From NCBI GenBank assembly GCA_018662825.1, contig JABJFI010000002.1, positions 57 through 64,056 on the forward strand: 64,000 nt of DNA, given 5' to 3'. The first letter of the stretch is position 1. Each line of letters opens with the position of its first letter. Both the position numbers and the translations under genes were made by a program. The stretch comes from Methanobacteriota archaeon (GTDB lineage: Archaea; Thermoplasmatota; Poseidoniia; Poseidoniales; Poseidoniaceae). This document shows, piece after piece, positions 54,935 to 64,000 of this stretch. The notes below the pieces were generated by a model. It ran no database searches, had not been told where the DNA came from, and saw nothing but the letters and a program-made list of their open reading frames with translations.

Positions 54935-57900
54935 ATGCAATTGACCATTCTTTCGGTAGTGGTTGCTCTTTTGAGTACGGCATCCACGCTTGGAATAGGT
55001 CGTTGGAAACAACTTGGATTTGGGAAGATTACATTGCTAATTTTCGGTCCAGTCCTCGATGCTTTGCTTGCTTATTTTCTTCTCGATTGGCTCTCAGTTT
55101 CGGGATTGACACTATTGGCTGGTGCTTTTGCTTTCGGAATTATCAGTCATGTATTGATGCAACCCCTTCTCGTTCCACAACGCCTGGTAGTATGGCGTTT
55201 AGCAAAGCAAAATATTCTCCGAAGACGACGTCAAGCAGCGCTGCTAATGGCCGGATTAATCATCGCCTCAGCCATAATCACATCTTCGATGGTTGTAGGT
55301 GATTCCTTGGATGCAACTGTTCGATATGAAGTCGAAGGTGCATGGGGGAAAACCGATATCACGATTTCTGGATTCGACCTTTCAGTAGGGGAACGAGTGG
55401 TACTTTCCGAATCACTTGCCAATGATATGTGGGAAGGAATTCAAGAAAATTCGAAATTGTCTCCAGTTCTTGAAGGACAGCAACAAGGCTTGGTCGCCTC
55501 AGCAAGTGTTGCAACGTCAGAAGAATCTCTTACTGGTGTCACTTGGATGGCGATGAACAGTACCATTGATGGAGAGAAAGTTTGGCCGAATATAGGTTCA
55601 ACGGAATTTGGAATTCGATATGCTCACTTGTATGATGCCAATTTGTTTTCCACACAAAAATTTGTTGCAGTCAATGAAGTATTAGCAGATGAGTTGGATC
55701 TAGCCATAGGTGATGACCTTGAAATTGGCTGGTATGTAACTGAGGAAAACAAAAGAATTCGAGTCGAATCTACATTAGAGGTTTTCAGCATTGTGGCCAA
55801 TGAAGGTCAAGGGGCATCAGCCGGTACACAAGCTCCTGCCTTTTTCACAGACTTAGCAACTGCACAATCATTGCAACGCCATAATGGAAGCATCAATTCG
55901 CTGTACTACGCTGTAGATGATGAGCATGATGACGAAGGACATATCGAGCCAATAATTGAGGGAATTGAAGAACTTCTTGACCTACTGATTCGGGCGACCG
56001 ATGTTGGGCTGAAAATCGATTCTGATGAAAACACGAATTCATTGACCTTGACATCAAGTCAAGGCTTAGGACGTCTGTCTGGAGAGTTGGTACGTGGATT
56101 ACGTGGAAATCTGACCCAAATTTCACCGGATTCAAGCATGATGGAAGTCCTCCAGGTGCCGTTGATTGAACTTCTTGAAAGCGATGAACAAATACTTACA
56201 CTTGCTGATTCTGAAATCACTCAATTATGGGCAGGCGAACGCGGACTGTGGCATTTTTCCCCAAGTGGAGCCGGCTTCCAAATCGATGGCAAAGGTGGCG
56301 CTTGGGTGTGGAGGGTCGATGAAGGTGGAATCGCACATGATTTTGCCTTAGATGCTTCAGGTGCATATGGTCTAATTGCAACAGACGATGGTTTAGTTGT
56401 GGGGTATGAAGGGGACCTAGATGCTGAGGAGTGGGCCTCCTATGATAGCGAAGGGCCGATGGTTTCTGTGGCATCTGATACAAACGGATGGTGGGCACTT
56501 GAGCAAGGAACTACAACTTTCAAACTTCATTCTTTTTCTCGCGATTTTGAACAACATAGCGTAACCAACCTTTCACTTTCAATGCCCTCAACTGTTCTAT
56601 CCACTCAGTTATTTTTCGATGAGTACTTATTTTTGGAAATCGAAAGCCTCCTTTCTTCAAGTCGCTTTCAATCGACTGTTTCAGACATTTCGTTTTCAGA
56701 GTTGAATAATTCATCCACATGGCCTTCTGTTCAAAACCCCGTGGCCAATGCACCACTACATATGTCGTGCAATGAAGTTGCTTCGGTAACTCTACCGCAA
56801 AATGGAGACCACTGGTGCACTTTTCCCGAAGGGGTCATGCGCTGGAATTCCGATTCTGAAACACTTGAATCACTTCGAATTCCAATAATTTCGACAGCAG
56901 GTGGCTTGGGAGTCTTGCCCCAATTATTCTTGGCCTTTGGAGGCGAGCAATCTCCAGTCATTGTCGAAGAGGGGGAAGTGCTGCTGAGTCAACGACTCAA
57001 TTCCTTGAATTTGTCAGCCAATGAAAGCAATCTTTGGGTGAAGGGCCTCATTCCCTACGCCTTTGGCGATAACACTGCATATCGTTTATCCTTCACTGGC
57101 ACATATTCTGAAATTGAGGGAATGGAAAGTCTTTCTGACCTCGATTCGGTAGTTCTCGGCCTAGTTTCATTGAAGGAGGGAGAAATACTAGCCTCTGCGG
57201 GAGAAGATGAGCGTTCAATGGTCATCTTATCGGTTTCTGGCCAATGGAATGATTCAGTTGCTGACTCTCTCTCCGCGTGGCTGGACCTACAATCAAATTC
57301 ATCCGATGCAAATTTGGATATTAGAGCAGTAAAAGTAGAGGCTGCTGCAATTGCTGAGGAATCATCCGGTATTTTGGCCGCCATGTTTTTGGTTTTCGGC
57401 ACATTTACAATTGCGGCCGGAATTTTACTCGTTCTAACTATCGTGATGATGCTAGCAGAATCACGTCGCTCAGAACTAGGTACAATGCGTGCAATAGGTG
57501 TTTCTCAATCCGATGCCCGAGCGTTAGCGGTGCAGGAGGGAATAATTCTCTCCGCTTTAGCGAGTATCTTGGGCGCATGTTGTGGGATTCTACTGGCGTG
57601 GTTCATTAGTATCGGTTTCGATAATATGTTTTCATCCGTCGGTTCGAATCAATTTGCTTTTGCCTGGGAATGGACATCATTATTCTCAGGAGCAGTTTGG
57701 GGATTTCTACTTGCCGTGTTCACTCTCTGGGTCTCTGCTTTTTGGACATCAAAGTTGAACATAATTGTGGCACTTAAAGGTGGACGAATTCCCCGTTCAG
57801 AAGGGATTCCTTGGATCTTACTGCTTCTTCAAATTCTTGCATTTGGAGGAGGTTCTCTTGCATTCTTAATGTTGCTTGTACTTGGATTTGATTCAGGTTT

Positions 57901-59536
57901 CGCCTATTTCTTGTGGATGGTTGCAGGAGTTTGTGCCTTACTTCTAATCGTTCCTTTTTTCACCTGGGAATTGCCCATATTCTTGCGCACCAAAAACGAT
58001 TTTTGGCAACATCTATGGAGAAATACGAGTCGAAATACACTGGCTATGATTGGTATTACCTTGTTGATTTGGACGGTAGGACTTTCCACTCTGGACCCAA
58101 TCCGCAAGGGAATGGAGCCAGATGAACTATCTTTCATCGTTCTTGGATTGGTTGAGGTGTTTGCCGGTGTTCTCTTGTTGACCAGCGTGGCTCCACTTGT
58201 CGTAAAGCGCTTGGGTAAATCGAAAATTTTGACACGGAGATGGGGTCCTGTACTCCCAGTTTCACTTGCTTATCCTCTGGCTACGCCCGTTCGAACTGCA
58301 GTGGTGATGGGAATGTTTTCAATTACTGTATTCTCAGTAATTGTCTTGGGTGGATATGCCGAACAATTTGATAATTACACCAGTTCCTTTGTTGAGGATG
58401 CTGAAGGTGATTATGAGTTATTACTGACAGGTTCACGTTCCAGCCCAATTGAATTGTCTGAAAACATCTCGGATTGGAACCTTTCTTCAATGCATGAAGG
58501 TAATATTGATTCAGTTGCGCGGGTTCATCGTGGAGAAGTATTCTTGGAGGATGCCGAAGGTGAGCGAATGCCCTATGTTGTTCGCGGCTTTGATGAGGCC
58601 TTTGCACAACATGGAGGATTGCCACTTTACACATGGGATTCTTCACTGGGTTCTGACCAATCCGAAGTTTGGGAGAGTGTATCTTCTCGAGATGATTTGG
58701 TCCTCCTCGATGCATCGTTTGGACTTGAATCAATAACCGATGGCAGCGGTATTTCATCGCTGAGTTTTTCAATTGGAGATTCGATTTCGCTAATTGATAT
58801 TTCCAACCCCGGAAATACCCGTTATGTGGAGGTTGCAGGCTTCCTTGAACAATCATCATATCTGTTCTCTGCTGGAGTTTGGATGACTGATGATGTTGTT
58901 GTCGACCAGTTTGATGGCCGCTTAACGCGAATGTACGTAAGTGTTTCAGATGAAGCCAAACCTTCTGTTTCGTTCGAGGATGAATCTATTGGTGATTTCT
59001 CTCCAACTGGGAAAAGTAAGGATGTACGCCTGGCTACTGCTGAATTAGAATCGGAACTTTCTCCATTACTCAATGCAGAAGGCGTTCAGGTGTCGATCAT
59101 CTCAGATGAAGTGATGTTGCTTCAATCGTTGGTTTTAGCATTGCTCGGTATATTCGAAGGCTATCTTGCACTTGGACTCATTGTCGGTATCGCTGGAATT
59201 GGAGTGGTTACGGTTCGTTCTGTTTCTGAACGCACAAAATCCATCGGTGTACTCCGAGCTCTTGGTTATCGAAAGAACATGGTCATACTTTCCTTCTTCA
59301 TTGAAGTCTCTTGGGTGAGTGTTTTAGGGATGTGCAATGGGATACTTGTTGCTGTGGGATTCCATCGAGCACTCTATACGGCGTTTTGGGAAGAACAAGG
59401 TGCGAGTTTCAGCCTTCCAATGGAGTCGATATTATACGTATTTGTTGGAGGTTGGTTCCTTGTATTATTGGCTACCTTTGTCCCTATTCAAAGGGCAGCG
59501 AAAATACCTGCATCTGCGGCACTAAGAGAGGCATAA
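54935..59536 (+). CDS. Very large ABC permease (two FtsX/MacB-type domains) with large extracellular insert
   Basis: KQNILRRRRQAAL..GL.I.SAIIT....GDSL, ESRRSELGTMRAIG, SVSERTKSIGVLRALGY, terminal P..RAAKIP....LRE. Confidence 0.88.
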   Translation: MQLTILSVVVALLSTASTLGIGRWKQLGFGKITLLIFGPVLDALLAYFLLDWLSVSGLTLLAGAFAFGIISHVLMQPLLVPQRLVVWRLAKQNILRRRRQAALLMAGLIIASAIITSSMVVGDSLDATVRYEVEGAWGKTDITISGFDLSVGERVVLSESLANDMWEGIQENSKLSPVLEGQQQGLVASASVATSEESLTGVTWMAMNSTIDGEKVWPNIGSTEFGIRYAHLYDANLFSTQKFVAVNEVLADELDLAIGDDLEIGWYVTEENKRIRVESTLEVFSIVANEGQGASAGTQAPAFFTDLATAQSLQRHNGSINSLYYAVDDEHDDEGHIEPIIEGIEELLDLLIRATDVGLKIDSDENTNSLTLTSSQGLGRLSGELVRGLRGNLTQISPDSSMMEVLQVPLIELLESDEQILTLADSEITQLWAGERGLWHFSPSGAGFQIDGKGGAWVWRVDEGGIAHDFALDASGAYGLIATDDGLVVGYEGDLDAEEWASYDSEGPMVSVASDTNGWWALEQGTTTFKLHSFSRDFEQHSVTNLSLSMPSTVLSTQLFFDEYLFLEIESLLSSSRFQSTVSDISFSELNNSSTWPSVQNPVANAPLHMSCNEVASVTLPQNGDHWCTFPEGVMRWNSDSETLESLRIPIISTAGGLGVLPQLFLAFGGEQSPVIVEEGEVLLSQRLNSLNLSANESNLWVKGLIPYAFGDNTAYRLSFTGTYSEIEGMESLSDLDSVVLGLVSLKEGEILASAGEDERSMVILSVSGQWNDSVADSLSAWLDLQSNSSDANLDIRAVKVEAAAIAEESSGILAAMFLVFGTFTIAAGILLVLTIVMMLAESRRSELGTMRAIGVSQSDARALAVQEGIILSALASILGACCGILLAWFISIGFDNMFSSVGSNQFAFAWEWTSLFSGAVWGFLLAVFTLWVSAFWTSKLNIIVALKGGRIPRSEGIPWILLLLQILAFGGGSLAFLMLLVLGFDSGFAYFLWMVAGVCALLLIVPFFTWELPIFLRTKNDFWQHLWRNTSRNTLAMIGITLLIWTVGLSTLDPIRKGMEPDELSFIVLGLVEVFAGVLLLTSVAPLVVKRLGKSKILTRRWGPVLPVSLAYPLATPVRTAVVMGMFSITVFSVIVLGGYAEQFDNYTSSFVEDAEGDYELLLTGSRSSPIELSENISDWNLSSMHEGNIDSVARVHRGEVFLEDAEGERMPYVVRGFDEAFAQHGGLPLYTWDSSLGSDQSEVWESVSSRDDLVLLDASFGLESITDGSGISSLSFSIGDSISLIDISNPGNTRYVEVAGFLEQSSYLFSAGVWMTDDVVVDQFDGRLTRMYVSVSDEAKPSVSFEDESIGDFSPTGKSKDVRLATAELESELSPLLNAEGVQVSIISDEVMLLQSLVLALLGIFEGYLALGLIVGIAGIGVVTVRSVSERTKSIGVLRALGYRKNMVILSFFIEVSWVSVLGMCNGILVAVGFHRALYTAFWEEQGASFSLPMESILYVFVGGWFLVLLATFVPIQRAAKIPASAALREA

Positions 59537-59719
59537 ATTGCTGATATTATTTTTTCAGAATGCTGTTTTAGTGTATGTTTGAAAATGATTTGAGTTTTTG
59601 GCGACATTTTTTACAAACGCCTCACTCCACTCACGACTATAATCGTCGGACTGAGTGGTATATATTCTTCTAATAATGGCTTATTTATGTTAAATAACCC
59701 ATTTTTTGCACTCCTATAG

Positions 59720-59727
59720 TATAAATA
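59720..59727 (+). promoter_or_regulatory. Canonical TATA box TATAAATA for the S-layer-like gene
   Basis: 54 nt upstream of ATG 59774, leaving room for a short leader containing SD GGAGGT (59762-59767). Confidence 0.6.
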
Positions 59728-59773
59728 CGACGCATTTCGTGCGAGGGTTTACCGAACCATCGGAGGTATAGAT

Positions 59774-62700
59774 ATGCGAAAAATAACCCCTATGATTCTC
59801 GTCGCTTTGATGCTTGTGAGTGCGCTCTCAAGTTTCGATTTCGTCGAGCTAGAAGAAACTGAAGTAATTGAAGATGCAGGTGCCCGCGCGGGTGCCGATG
59901 CAGAAATGGTTGCTATCACAAACCCGAAAGAAACCGTCTGCCCATTTGGAGCAGCATGCCGTAACGTCATGAAAGTCGGCGATGAGACTAGTTTCTCATC
60001 CTACATTCAGAACAGTGGCGATACAGACATTACAGAAATGGGATACAGTGTAACTGTATACCTTTCCGATGCTAATGGAAACCCTGGCATGATTGCAAAA
60101 GATACAACAACCGGTGCTGATTTAACATGGACAAATGAAAATGTAATTTGTTCATCAGCCACCTATTGTCCATACCAATCTCTTGCTGCTGGTGGCGTCC
60201 TTGGTGGCGGTAAGCACACTATGATGGATTCTGGAGCAGACATCATATGGACTCCTGCTAAGGGATTGTATGTCGTCGAAATGATGGTCGATACACCTGA
60301 TGATGCAGATGTCGGCAATGATGCTGAACAAATCTTTGTCTCTGTCGAAGACTGGTATGATATTGAACTTGAAATCGTTTGGGATTCTGGCAATGTTGCT
60401 GAAAGTGGCACTGGTACCAAAGATTGGACACTAACAGTGACCGCAGATGGTTCTGATACTTTCGATCCTCGTGAAGTCCAGGTTCGCCTCCAATCTATTG
60501 GAGATGTTTCTGCTGCACAAACCGTTGATGGAACTTCTATTGATGGCGGAACCACAAATATTTTCACTGCTGGAACTTCAATGACTGTTGATGTCGAAGA
60601 AAACGTTTCAACCGAACCTCCAACCATTACGACAGATACCCGTAATGTCCTTTCAACTTGGACACTTAGCGGTAGTTTGACTGTTGACAGTGGTGCTGGC
60701 TCTAGTGCACTATATGGAATGAAGGCTTCATTGGTGGATTATGTCCAATACGGACAATGGTCGTCATGTGTCTACACAGATTCTGATAACAATTCATTTG
60801 ACAACTTCTGTGAAGAGTCCACTACGAAGGACGCATATCCTTCGACTGATACTTCCATTATAGATGGGTCTGCAGAAATCTTTAACGATATCCGAATCAC
60901 TCAGATGTCGGTCGTTCAAGGCTACAATACAGATGGAACCGGCCAAGGAACCTCCTCGGTAAACGCAGAATCTGGCATTGACCTCAATGTTGGAACCTCA
61001 TACCTTCACGTTGAAGTTGAACACCATGGAAGTGATCCTACTTCACTCTATGATTGGTCTGTTGACTTCACTATCGAAGATGCAGGTGGAGCAATCGTCA
61101 CACAAGACAATGTTACAACATGTGACGCAGTTGACCCAGCCTACCCAATGTATGGCGCTCTCGGTGTCGGACAAGGCGCTACCTTGCAAGCATATGCTTG
61201 CACCATGGTCTCACTGAGCATGGATGGAGAATACACCTTCACTGCTGAAATTGTCAACGACAGCAAGATGGTTGACGCAAAACCTTCGAACAACGACCGA
61301 AGCATGACTTTGAATGTTCGGAACAACGCACCTCTCATCACCTCTCTTGAAGCGCTGAACGATGGCGAACTTTATCTCGGACAAGAAGGTCTTCTTTCGA
61401 TGGCCGTTCAAGTGTTCGATGTCGATGACCCATCTGCAACCGACCTTGAGATAGAGTGGAGACATAATGGAACAGCCCTTCCAGGTTGTGCTCGAGCAAA
61501 CATGCAAATCAGTTGCTCAGTCCTAATCATTAGCGATTATGTCGGAAATTTCCCAGTATCTGTAACAGTATATGATGCACATGGTGGAGAAACAAGCGAA
61601 GAACTCATGCTTGAAATTTGGAACGACGGCGGTTATTCTGCTTCCACTGCAAGTGGTTTGTCTGTTTCCTACTCAATGCTTTTCTTCGGAACATCTGAAT
61701 ACACATTCACTGTAACCGATGGCACAGCATTAACTCAACAATCTCTGCCTCAATACACTGGCCAGTATGATTCAGTTGGAGTCATTGACTTTGCTCCATC
61801 AACAACTCAAGATTCTACTGCAGTTTTGAGCCAATCAATGGATGTTCAATTCGACAAGAGCCTAGGTGCAACTTCACTATGGTATGTCCACAACAGTATG
61901 TGGCAACTACTCAGCGACGCCGTTCTGGATGTCGAAGATGACGCAACAAAGAGTATGTTCTCGCATACTTTCGCTGTAGACTCGGACTCGCTTCCACCTG
62001 GCACCTTGGTACTAATTGGTGGCGTTTTGGCTGAGGCTGAAGCACCTACTGCAAGTATTACAGCATTTAACGCTGCAGCAGGTATGTCTGGAGCTATCAA
62101 CCTCAACTGGAATGTTACAGGAACTATGCTAACTGGTGACCATATCAACGTTACTTTGTGTGAAACTGTGAACTGCACAGCTCCATTTACCTTTATTGGT
62201 ACTGACCAAGATAGGAGTTATACTTACTCTGGATCCAACACTGTTCACGGAACTGAATACACAGTAACCGTGGCTGTTTGTAATGAAGTCGGATGTAGCA
62301 CACCTGTTGGAACTGGAACTGTCGTTGCAGACAGTGCCGTTGATGGTGGAGCAGCAGCAACGGACTTGACGATTGCAGCAGAAGGAAACGAATGGACAGT
62401 CTCTTGGACCGCCTCTGGTGACCAAGGAGATGTTGCTTCATGGAAGGTTTGTTACAACCGTGGAACTTTCACAGCAGCAGATATTGATTCAACAGTATGT
62501 GTCCCTACTACTGGAACCTCTACCGTCATCGACATCTCGACATGGACTGCTGGAACATACACCTATCACTTTACTGCAGTCCCAGTTGACGCATTGGGTA
62601 ACTCGGTATCTGCTGGTTCAATGAACAGTATCGATTACCAACGTGATACTGATAATTCTAACACCGACGACGGAACAACTGTTGTTGGAGATGATGTTGA

Positions 62701-62824
62701 ATCTGGTGTCCCAACATGGACATGGGGTCTCATTGGTGGAATAGTAGTTGTAGCTTTCATCGCAGGCGCTTTCATCCTCTCTCGTGGAGGAGATGGCGAC
62801 GAAGGAAAAGATTGGGATTACTGA
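59774..62824 (+). CDS. Secreted C-terminally anchored surface (S-layer-like) protein with CARDB/Ig and fibronectin-III-like domains
   Basis: Signal peptide; T/D/S-rich body; NNAPLIT Ig-like start; FN3-like YTVTVAVCNEVGCS and YHFTAVPVDALGN; TM helix plus GKDWDY tail; SD GGAGGT. Confidence 0.75.
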   Translation: MRKITPMILVALMLVSALSSFDFVELEETEVIEDAGARAGADAEMVAITNPKETVCPFGAACRNVMKVGDETSFSSYIQNSGDTDITEMGYSVTVYLSDANGNPGMIAKDTTTGADLTWTNENVICSSATYCPYQSLAAGGVLGGGKHTMMDSGADIIWTPAKGLYVVEMMVDTPDDADVGNDAEQIFVSVEDWYDIELEIVWDSGNVAESGTGTKDWTLTVTADGSDTFDPREVQVRLQSIGDVSAAQTVDGTSIDGGTTNIFTAGTSMTVDVEENVSTEPPTITTDTRNVLSTWTLSGSLTVDSGAGSSALYGMKASLVDYVQYGQWSSCVYTDSDNNSFDNFCEESTTKDAYPSTDTSIIDGSAEIFNDIRITQMSVVQGYNTDGTGQGTSSVNAESGIDLNVGTSYLHVEVEHHGSDPTSLYDWSVDFTIEDAGGAIVTQDNVTTCDAVDPAYPMYGALGVGQGATLQAYACTMVSLSMDGEYTFTAEIVNDSKMVDAKPSNNDRSMTLNVRNNAPLITSLEALNDGELYLGQEGLLSMAVQVFDVDDPSATDLEIEWRHNGTALPGCARANMQISCSVLIISDYVGNFPVSVTVYDAHGGETSEELMLEIWNDGGYSASTASGLSVSYSMLFFGTSEYTFTVTDGTALTQQSLPQYTGQYDSVGVIDFAPSTTQDSTAVLSQSMDVQFDKSLGATSLWYVHNSMWQLLSDAVLDVEDDATKSMFSHTFAVDSDSLPPGTLVLIGGVLAEAEAPTASITAFNAAAGMSGAINLNWNVTGTMLTGDHINVTLCETVNCTAPFTFIGTDQDRSYTYSGSNTVHGTEYTVTVAVCNEVGCSTPVGTGTVVADSAVDGGAAATDLTIAAEGNEWTVSWTASGDQGDVASWKVCYNRGTFTAADIDSTVCVPTTGTSTVIDISTWTAGTYTYHFTAVPVDALGNSVSAGSMNSIDYQRDTDNSNTDDGTTVVGDDVESGVPTWTWGLIGGIVVVAFIAGAFILSRGGDGDEGKDWDY

Positions 62825-62877
62825 TCCCAACTCCTAACCGATGAAGCAATCATCCCTCCCTGGCGGAGGGAAGAGCC

Positions 62878-62921
62878 GCTGAGGGGGTCGTTTCGACGGC
62901 CCTCTCAGCCCCTTTTTCTTT
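62878..62921 (+). terminator. 14-bp GC-rich hairpin (TTCG loop) plus T-tract after the S-layer-like gene
   Basis: GCTGAGGGGGTCGT-TTCG-ACGGCCCTCTCAGC (two G-U pairs) followed by CCCTTTTTCTTT. Confidence 0.7.
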
Positions 62922-63173
62922 ATTATGCTTACATCCTTGGGATGTTAGGTTTCACAATATTTTTCCTTGTCGATTTTCTTGTCGACATTATCTACATTTT
63001 GTGAATCAAATTCTTTGAATATTGATCTACAATATCTCTGGATTTATTTCAATAATATTTTTTGTAATTTTTTACAAACTGTACGTACCACTAATGTTGG
63101 GAAAACCCCCCCAGTACATCGATTGGAAATACAAAATCAAAGCCCAAAATCAAACATTTCGCACCCCAACTCC

Positions 63174-63179
63174 TATAAG
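63174..63179 (+). promoter_or_regulatory. TATA-like box TATAAG for the gene at 63230
   Basis: 56 nt upstream of ATG 63230, same geometry as the 59720 box; SD GAGGTGA at 63218-63224. Confidence 0.5.
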
Positions 63180-63229
63180 GGGAACAAGGCGTGGGATGCT
63201 TTGCATACAATCCGTATGAGGTGAATGAC

Positions 63230-64000
63230 ATGTTGGGAATAAAGAATACCAAACAAAAAACTGTCTTCAACGGAATTGGCATAGCACTATTGTTGTGCGC
63301 ATTGATGGCCCTTATGCCTATGGCAGGGTTCGTCGATAACACAGCAGGTGATGTGGAGTTTGTAGCTACAAACGACACAGCGGAGGAAGAATTCTTCGCT
63401 TTGCCTGATTCGAAGAAGTCAGTTGAATACGAATATGAACCATCCGAGGAACTCCTCGGCATGAGAGACCAAACGACCAAGACCTTCGTCCAAGAAGATG
63501 GCAAGTTCGCGCAATTAACGCACGACACTCCTGTCCACTTCATGGGTGATGATGGAGCATGGACAGATATTGACCTGGACATCGTTGCTACAGCATATGG
63601 CTGGGAAGTAATGGATAATTCCTTTACAACTCAATTCGCTGCTGAAATGGCAAACGGAGTTGCAGTTCAAGTCAACCAGTTCGTCGACCCAATCATTGTT
63701 GGTATTAATCCAACCTTGCTGACTATCGATGAAACAGGTACTGCTCCTCAACCATTTATGATTGCACCATCTAATGATGATGTGAAAGTAGGTGGAAACA
63801 TGATCCGATACCCTGTCGCTGAAGGATATGCTCTTGACTATGCAGTCGAGAACACACAACTCAAGCAGAATCTCGTGATCAGTGAGCGTCCAGTCCTTGA
63901 ACCAAACGCAGCTTGGTTCGGTTTCTCTGAAATCATGCAAATTCCAACCGGATATGCTCTTTTCCTTGGAGAAGACATGCTCGGTGAAGAAATTACACAA
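63230..64000 (+). CDS. Secreted protein, partial; N-terminal domain resembles that of large wall-associated/DNRLRE-type proteins
   Basis: Not in the ORF track (no stop in window). ATG 63230 after SD GAGGTGA; MLGIKNTKQK...IALLLCALMALMP...ELLGMRDQTTKTFVQEDGKFAQLTHDTPVHFMGDDGAWTDIDL, open to the window end. Confidence 0.7.
   Translation, partial: MLGIKNTKQKTVFNGIGIALLLCALMALMPMAGFVDNTAGDVEFVATNDTAEEEFFALPDSKKSVEYEYEPSEELLGMRDQTTKTFVQEDGKFAQLTHDTPVHFMGDDGAWTDIDLDIVATAYGWEVMDNSFTTQFAAEMANGVAVQVNQFVDPIIVGINPTLLTIDETGTAPQPFMIAPSNDDVKVGGNMIRYPVAEGYALDYAVENTQLKQNLVISERPVLEPNAAWFGFSEIMQIPTGYALFLGEDMLGEEITQ

Noticed and set aside
62840-62910. SECIS element, C/D-box sRNA or ribozyme in the 3' UTR
   Set aside because: No in-frame UGA in the upstream gene and no complete C/D boxes or ribozyme core; kept only as hairpins.
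62940-64000. AT-rich small ORFs 62967..63224 and 63022..63219, and minus ORFs 63091..63582 and 63515..64000
   Set aside because: The first two lie in low-complexity promoter DNA; the others are antisense to the SD-led gene starting at 63230.

Overview
Archaeal chromosomal window of moderate GC content. Gene content and style suggest Marine Group II / Ca. Poseidoniales (inference): archaellum operon, NOB1, TatA, SAMP/MoaD, many bacterial-type enzymes and numerous giant secreted or membrane-anchored proteins. It holds about 46 CDS and one tRNA-Glu(UUC). Housekeeping genes include a partial MutS-like gene, IleRS, NadE, TrhO-like rhodanese, fused aconitase X, Bcp, Nth, PolX-PHP, a NifU-type carrier, a K+-dependent Na+-type membrane pyrophosphatase, glutaredoxin, pirin and a MacB-type ABC transporter. 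A ~14 kb archaellum operon (2 archaellins, degenerate ArlCDE, ArlF/G/H/I/J) is led by three uncharacterised overlapping genes, one encoding a ~1,680-aa Ig-like membrane protein. Other large surface proteins are a 1,705-aa reelin-like/Ig protein, a collagen/ELWxxDGT protein, a ~2,370-aa Asp/Cys repeat protein and a 1,016-aa S-layer-like protein. The strongest unexplained signals are: (1) a non-canonical TATA-like hexamer (H-T-S-A-W-N, e.g. TTCAAG/TTGAAA/TTCATG) starting 28-30 nt upstream of most unit-leading start codons; (2) the extended archaellum operon; (3) a GIHH-motif IleRS; (4) a PolX whose third catalytic Asp appears replaced by Gln. No CRISPR array, rRNA or mobile element was seen.
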